Origin: Kiritimatiellia bacterium
GTDB lineage: Bacteria > Verrucomicrobiota > Kiritimatiellia > RFP12 > DVOR01
NCBI GenBank assembly: GCA_017558005.1
Contig: JAFYWN010000007.1
Location: 9,374-73,373 of the forward strand
Reading direction: 5' to 3'
DNA: 64,000 nt
Shown here: one piece after another, positions 58,857 to 64,000 of the stretch
Position numbering within the stretch: position 1 is the first letter of the stretch
How the letters are laid out: every line of letters begins with the position of its first letter
Translations under genes and position numbers: made by a program
The notes under the pieces: generated by a model
Seen by the model: only the letters and a program-made list of their open reading frames with translations
What the model was told of the DNA's origin: nothing
Database searches by the model: none

Positions 58857-61787
58857 TCACTCCTGAATATCAGAGGTCTTTTTTGTTGCGTCCTGTTGAT
58901 TCTTAATCACTCCAGCAGGCGAAATCCCGCGTTCCAACGCAAGATAACGCGGTTCGGACTGGATTACTCGGATAATTTGATTCACGGTGGAGGCGGCATT
59001 CATCTGCCCCTGCTTCGTCAGATTTGACTTCAATGTCTCAAGCTTTGAGAGATAATTGCGATACACTTTGCGCTTTTCCGCATCGCAAGAATCTGTCACT
59101 GCGCGACGTTGTAAGAGGAAGGTCTCTTGGAGATGGTGGAGTTCTTCCGGGAATTCAATCAAATCCTCCGAGCGCAACTGCATTCCCTCTTCAAATCGTG
59201 CCAACTCTGCAGAGGCGGCCTCCCAAGCATTAAAATTACCAGACTGACGGAAGGTTTCCATCAATGTGCGTAGCGCTGCCACATACTGTTGCGGCCAATC
59301 GCCCAACGCCTCCGTGGATTTCCGATCAAGATGATCTAATTCCACGCGCAACGCATCACGAATATTCGCTAACATTTCCAAGTCTGGAGCCGAAGACACC
59401 GTCGACATTGTCGTGCCAGGAAGCGCAATCGCCCCCCCTACGCCAGCAGATTTCGCCAAAACGGCTTCACTTTCCGAGATAATCGGAATCGACTTAACGC
59501 GTTGGAGTTCCGCACTGATGCGACCTGCCACTTCCATTTCACCCTTTTGTGTATATCCCTTACGCAGGTCATCTAACACAGCGGTGTACTTTTTAGCGGC
59601 GGCAATAATTTGGCGTGCCGAAATGGTCGTCTGCTCTTCGCGAATTTGCATCATTGTTCGTTTGAGTAGCGCCAATTCTTCAATGTCGCTCTCACGGGGT
59701 TCACCCAACAAATTCGACTGAACATACTCCTCTAAGGCCTTATCCACCGAAATCACGCCTTCGTAATTTCCTTCACGCTGTACCGTTCGGCGCAGTTCGG
59801 CGAGGCTTTGGCGATATTGCAACAACAATTGCGATTCTTGTTGGCGACGGCGCAACACGAATTCATTTAACGTTGTTTCAAATGCGACACGCTTCTCTTC
59901 TGCACCCTCGGGAAGAAGTTCGCGCGGATGAATTACCACCTGTGACTTCTCTACAAACGGGAAATACGTATCAATCGTTGCGCCTTCATTACAGAAAGCG
60001 ATGTACTTGTTGTAGAGATGCGAAAGCCCAGGAATCGCAACCAATGCGCGCGCTGGCATGTAGAAAACGCGTAAAACAGGACCAAAGGGTTCCTGAGACA
60101 TACCGCCTATCAAAGGCAGCGAGAACAGATAAAGAAGTGAAGCGATGCCGCCGAAAATCCACCAGTACTTGCGACGTTGGCGATGCGTATGGGAAAGGAG
60201 CAACGCATTCACATCTTGAAATTCTGGCACGCTGCTATACTTTGTTGCCAATTTACAAGAAAGTTTCTTCGCCGTTAACCAGTCGTGACTACGCACACAG
60301 GTGCGAATTCGCGATAAATCTCTCCGCAAGATTTTATCTGGAATCTCACGCAACTCCTCTTCATAAACCGAGGCATCTTCATTCAACAAGCGAAACTCTT
60401 CGATGAACGCCTGCGCACGTTCATAGTTTTCGGCCTTTAGTTCATTTGGGATCAACGTCGCCAAACGATTACGACGCGCCACGCGCCGTTCGGCCTCTTC
60501 CACGCGTTCACGAGCTTCCATCAACATCTTACGGCCGCTCGGTCCTGCAGGTTCAAACCCATGGAGACGTCCAGCGATTGAAGCAATTCGTTCAAAATGG
60601 CGCTCTTCCCATGCGGTTTCGATCATCTTACGAATGGTTGCCACATGTTCATACATTCTGCAGTCAGCACCACACGCAGGACAATACTGTTGGCCAACGA
60701 AGATTTCAGCGCCACACTCACGGCACTGTTCGCTACCATCCCAACCGCACTCTGCACAGAACTTCGTGCTAATCGGATTCACCGCATCGCACCATTTGCA
60801 TCGCCAAGAGGTCTTAATCGTTGGGGCGACCGTACGGCCATGGCTAGCAGCTTCTGATAATGCACGCACGAAATCCTGAGCCGAGCGGTAACGCTGTTCA
60901 CGCTCAGTCTCCATGCTACGGCGTAAGACTTCACGCAGAAAAACCGGCACATCTTGTTCACGATAATAGCGCGGATTGCGCCCCGTCAACAAAAAGTAGA
61001 AGACGGCACCGAGCGAATAGACGTCGGCTCGCACGTCACTCACGGACGCATCTTGTTCCAACTCCGGTGCGGAATAACCAAGACTAATCAACTTTTCACC
61101 CGGCGCAGTCAAATCTTCCATGCGCGTCACGCCAGTTTGCGGCGTAATTCGGGCAAGTCCAAAGTCTACGAGCTTGGGCTCTTGGGTCGGATCTAAGAGG
61201 ATATTAGCGGGTTTTAAATCGCGATGAATCACACCACAACTGTGTGCATAGACAATGGTGCGCGCAATTTTAAGAATCATTGTCACCGCTTCTTCGGCGG
61301 TCATTGGGCCATTTCGCGAAATGAAATGTTCCAGCGTCATATTCGGTGGCGGAGCCGCATTGCCCTCATCTTGACGAACCACCTCTGTCTGTGCGGGACC
61401 AGAGACGTATTCCATTACGATATACGGCCCTAAGACATCTTCACCTAATGCGTAAATGTGCACAATGTACGCATGATTCAATGCTGCCACAGCACGCGCT
61501 TCATGCAAGAATCTCGTACGTAAGGCGGGATCCGCAAGTGCCTTATCATTCAATCGTTTGATGGCGACATAACGTCCTAAACGACGATCTTTCGCCAAAT
61601 AGACGACTCCCATTCCGCCATCGCCAATCTTTCCGCAGATGGCATAATCATCCGAAGGACTACCCGTAAATGCTGGCGGTTCAACATTACCACCTGCATC
61701 AGGCTTTATCACAACCGTTTTATCCGTACCACTTTCCGTAGCGCGGCTTATTTCAGTTTTGGGAATTGTTGAAGTTGTCTCTTCCAT
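58857..61787 (-). CDS. Hanks-type Ser/Thr protein kinase with a double zinc ribbon and a TM segment.
   Basis: Kinase subdomains are present (GKIGDGGMGVVYLAKD, HRDLKPANILL, DFGLAR). Cys-rich zinc ribbons are present (CKWCDAVN...CAECGW and CRECGA...CPACGA). A TM segment WWIFGGIASLLYLF follows. Confidence 0.85.
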   Translation of the reverse strand: MEETTSTIPKTEISRATESGTDKTVVIKPDAGGNVEPPAFTGSPSDDYAICGKIGDGGMGVVYLAKDRRLGRYVAIKRLNDKALADPALRTRFLHEARAVAALNHAYIVHIYALGEDVLGPYIVMEYVSGPAQTEVVRQDEGNAAPPPNMTLEHFISRNGPMTAEEAVTMILKIARTIVYAHSCGVIHRDLKPANILLDPTQEPKLVDFGLARITPQTGVTRMEDLTAPGEKLISLGYSAPELEQDASVSDVRADVYSLGAVFYFLLTGRNPRYYREQDVPVFLREVLRRSMETEREQRYRSAQDFVRALSEAASHGRTVAPTIKTSWRCKWCDAVNPISTKFCAECGWDGSEQCRECGAEIFVGQQYCPACGADCRMYEHVATIRKMIETAWEERHFERIASIAGRLHGFEPAGPSGRKMLMEARERVEEAERRVARRNRLATLIPNELKAENYERAQAFIEEFRLLNEDASVYEEELREIPDKILRRDLSRIRTCVRSHDWLTAKKLSCKLATKYSSVPEFQDVNALLLSHTHRQRRKYWWIFGGIASLLYLFSLPLIGGMSQEPFGPVLRVFYMPARALVAIPGLSHLYNKYIAFCNEGATIDTYFPFVEKSQVVIHPRELLPEGAEEKRVAFETTLNEFVLRRRQQESQLLLQYRQSLAELRRTVQREGNYEGVISVDKALEEYVQSNLLGEPRESDIEELALLKRTMMQIREEQTTISARQIIAAAKKYTAVLDDLRKGYTQKGEMEVAGRISAELQRVKSIPIISESEAVLAKSAGVGGAIALPGTTMSTVSSAPDLEMLANIRDALRVELDHLDRKSTEALGDWPQQYVAALRTLMETFRQSGNFNAWEAASAELARFEEGMQLRSEDLIEFPEELHHLQETFLLQRRAVTDSCDAEKRKVYRNYLSKLETLKSNLTKQGQMNAASTVNQIIRVIQSEPRYLALERGISPAGVIKNQQDATKKTSDIQE

Positions 61788-61808
61788 AACTCCACCTCCA
61801 ACTGTAGA

Positions 61809-62657
61809 TCAAGGTTGCCGTTGAAACGTTGTCGGATCCTGAGGAATAATATCAAAATTGGGCTTCCAATGAGGAGATGCCGAGTAAAAAGCCATTGGGG
61901 TGTCGTGCGTAATTGCCTCAATGACCGTCTCCGAGAAGCCATCTTGACGAAGACGATTAACGACCTTAATCAACGACAAGGGGTCACTGATTCCCCAGTC
62001 CGCCGAACCATTCACAATCACTCGCTCATGGCCGTGCTCACGAATCATTGCGCTAACGCGTTCTGGAGAAAGCTTCGAATACGGATAAACCGTCATGCCT
62101 GCATAGCACCCACTCTCAAGTGCCAAGGCAATGGTCTCTTCCACGTTATGGTCAATATCAATTCGTTCCGGCGTTAAGCCTTCACCCTTGATAATTTCCA
62201 AGACGCGCTTGATTCCCTTTAACTTGTTAAAGTGTGGCAAGTGAAGCACAATGGGCATCTTACGCTCTTCTGCCATGCGCAACTGTCGCACAAGCGCATA
62301 CTCTTCATTTGGCGTAATATTGTTGAAGCCAATCTCACCCAGTGCTACACAACGCGGATGGTCTAAATATTCACCCATCCCGTCAATCACCTCATCGGCA
62401 AGTTTACGATCTTCGGCTTCTTTGGGATTCATCCCAATTGCGCTCCAGTGGTCAACGCCAAAACGAGCTGCACGGGTGTGTTCAAATTCAAGCGACAACC
62501 GGAAATAGTCAAAAAACGTCCCAGCATAACGACGATTCGCACCTTGCCAAAAAGAGGGTTCAACGCATACACGAATCCCATTTTCACGCATCGCCATATA
62601 TTCATCGGTCGTACGCGAAATCATATGAATGTGCGGTTCAATGATTGGTTTCATCAC
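61809..62657 (-). CDS. TatD-family metal-dependent hydrolase.
   Basis: TatD-like motifs are present (IIEPHIHM, LGEIGFN, PIVLHLPH). The protein is 282 aa. Confidence 0.6.
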   Translation of the reverse strand: MMKPIIEPHIHMISRTTDEYMAMRENGIRVCVEPSFWQGANRRYAGTFFDYFRLSLEFEHTRAARFGVDHWSAIGMNPKEAEDRKLADEVIDGMGEYLDHPRCVALGEIGFNNITPNEEYALVRQLRMAEERKMPIVLHLPHFNKLKGIKRVLEIIKGEGLTPERIDIDHNVEETIALALESGCYAGMTVYPYSKLSPERVSAMIREHGHERVIVNGSADWGISDPLSLIKVVNRLRQDGFSETVIEAITHDTPMAFYSASPHWKPNFDIIPQDPTTFQRQP

Positions 62658-62742
62658 CCATTCACCTCATCTTGATAAAATTAACCCACCCACTTTCGCA
62701 GGAGCGGAATTTTCGTCAAAAGAATCATCATCCCCCACGAAA

Positions 62743-63918
62743 TCAGTAAGCCCGAAAGTGCCGAAAAAGGCACCAAGACTGCTGAAGGGATTTTTGCCTG
62801 AAAGAGAAAATAAGTTCCGGTAACAAACACGTAATGCATACAAAAGATGCCGACCCCATGTCGCCCAAAGGATTGCAAAGGCGCAAGCGTCCATACGGGT
62901 GTCTTACGAATTTGTTTAAACAATAAAAGACTGCTGCCGACATCATTGCCACAGGGAGCGAACAATACCACCAGAAATACTCGGCCATCTTCCAAGTAAA
63001 ATCAGGTGTGTTCCAAATCCAATGCGTGCCGTAGTAGACCACTAAATAACCTGTCACTAAAAGTGGCAAAGCAATGCAAAGTGTCCGCTTGAACGAAAGG
63101 GTTGCCGTCTTTAAAACATGCCCCAAGACCAAATAACCAATAAAGCCCGAGAACATGTGCAAGCCACCGTAAGTATTCCAATCACAAACACCCAAAATAG
63201 GAAAAGCATCAAAGCTCGTAGCATGAGCTAAAACAAAGGTTGGACTTCCCAAAAAGCGCACCACATAGTCTGCGAAAAAAGCTTGCCCCCATGCCGTCTG
63301 CATAGCACCATAAAGTGCCAAAGGCCAATACCATGCCAATAACGTAACACCCCAAATTGCCACGAAAATCCACTTTGCACGCAGCGTTGCCTCACGCAAC
63401 CATGCCGAAAGAATCGGCATAAAGAGATAGAGCCCAACTAAAAGATAAATGTACCACAACTGCACCGCATACTGATTGAATTGAATCAAGGATAAGAAGA
63501 AGGTCCGCACGATACTCATCGCATCCGTGTGAACTGGTGCTGCGAAGGGGAAAAAGACACGCTGGATTGACGTCTGCGAAACACCACAAAGGTGTAACAA
63601 CCAAGGCAATGCCGCATACACAGCATTCCAAAACAGGAACGGCAATAAGACGCGCTTAATGCGTTTGTGAAACATCCCACCAAAGGAGTCTGCCGTTGGC
63701 AAAAGCAAGACCCCCGTCATCATCACAAACAATGGCACACAGACACGAATCAGCGCACCATAAAACTCAATCCATGTCTTATCTTCTGAACGCCCAAATG
63801 CAGAAAGCGGATCACATGCATGGCAAGCGCACACCAAGAAGAGTGCTACCACCCGCATCCATCCCACCCAAGGGATGAATGTATCGCGCTTCACACTACA
63901 AGCTTGACTGCCCGCCAT
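62743..63918 (-). CDS. Acyltransferase family 3 membrane protein.
   Basis: It is polytopic. The N-terminus KRDTFIPWVGWMRVVALFLVCACHA resembles the acyltransferase_3 signature. Confidence 0.6.
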   Translation of the reverse strand: MAGSQACSVKRDTFIPWVGWMRVVALFLVCACHACDPLSAFGRSEDKTWIEFYGALIRVCVPLFVMMTGVLLLPTADSFGGMFHKRIKRVLLPFLFWNAVYAALPWLLHLCGVSQTSIQRVFFPFAAPVHTDAMSIVRTFFLSLIQFNQYAVQLWYIYLLVGLYLFMPILSAWLREATLRAKWIFVAIWGVTLLAWYWPLALYGAMQTAWGQAFFADYVVRFLGSPTFVLAHATSFDAFPILGVCDWNTYGGLHMFSGFIGYLVLGHVLKTATLSFKRTLCIALPLLVTGYLVVYYGTHWIWNTPDFTWKMAEYFWWYCSLPVAMMSAAVFYCLNKFVRHPYGRLRLCNPLGDMGSASFVCITCLLPELIFSFRQKSLQQSWCLFRHFRAY

Positions 63919-64000
63919 TGATATGCCTATTAATAATTACTGTGCTGGTGCGTAGGGATTACGGACGCCATACTTCTCAGAGAACGCTTCCATTCGCTTT

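Overview
This 64-kb window is bacterial chromosomal DNA. The core is GC-rich, with a clearly AT-rich island at about 39.9-50.1 kb. The FtsZ homolog is unusually divergent, so the lineage may be deep-branching or PVC-like, but I cannot assign taxonomy from sequence alone.

- **1-5.2 kb:** the tail of a dcw cluster on the minus strand (ddl-ftsQ-ftsA-ftsZ).
- **5.9-38.5 kb:** a housekeeping block. It contains a class-I aminotransferase, an agmatinase-like gene, mnmA, folD, azlCD, ribF-truB-rbfA-infB-nusA, thrB, nadK, xseB, purN, an in-frame ftsH-cmk read-through ORF, and a GT2 glycosyltransferase.
- **25.1-30.1 kb:** an operon thrB-GT-FkbH-like-ACP-KASIII-ACP with translationally coupled starts.
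- **5375-5874 and 39046-39537:** two inverted copies of a ~500-bp non-coding element. Each carries 22-bp iterons, TGTTGATAA (DnaA-box-like) motifs and an AT-rich tract. Both copies sit where coding strand switches from minus to plus, and together they bracket a 33-kb housekeeping segment.
- **40.2-49.7 kb (AT-rich island):** an m5C DNA methyltransferase, a free-standing paralog of the McrB-like N-terminal domain, a McrB-like AAA+ GTPase with an acidic SSDEET tandem-repeat insertion, and a McrC-like PD-(D/E)xK nuclease. These are followed by two tandem paralogous coiled-coil proteins of unknown function, which are the best candidate for an undescribed defense module.
- **50.1-64 kb:** a SWIM/SNF2 helicase, phosphomannomutase, galK, an MBL hydrolase, a UbiA prenyltransferase, a pyrK-like gene, a large Hanks Ser/Thr kinase, a TatD-like hydrolase and an acyltransferase-3 protein.

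I found no tRNA, rRNA or CRISPR arrays.
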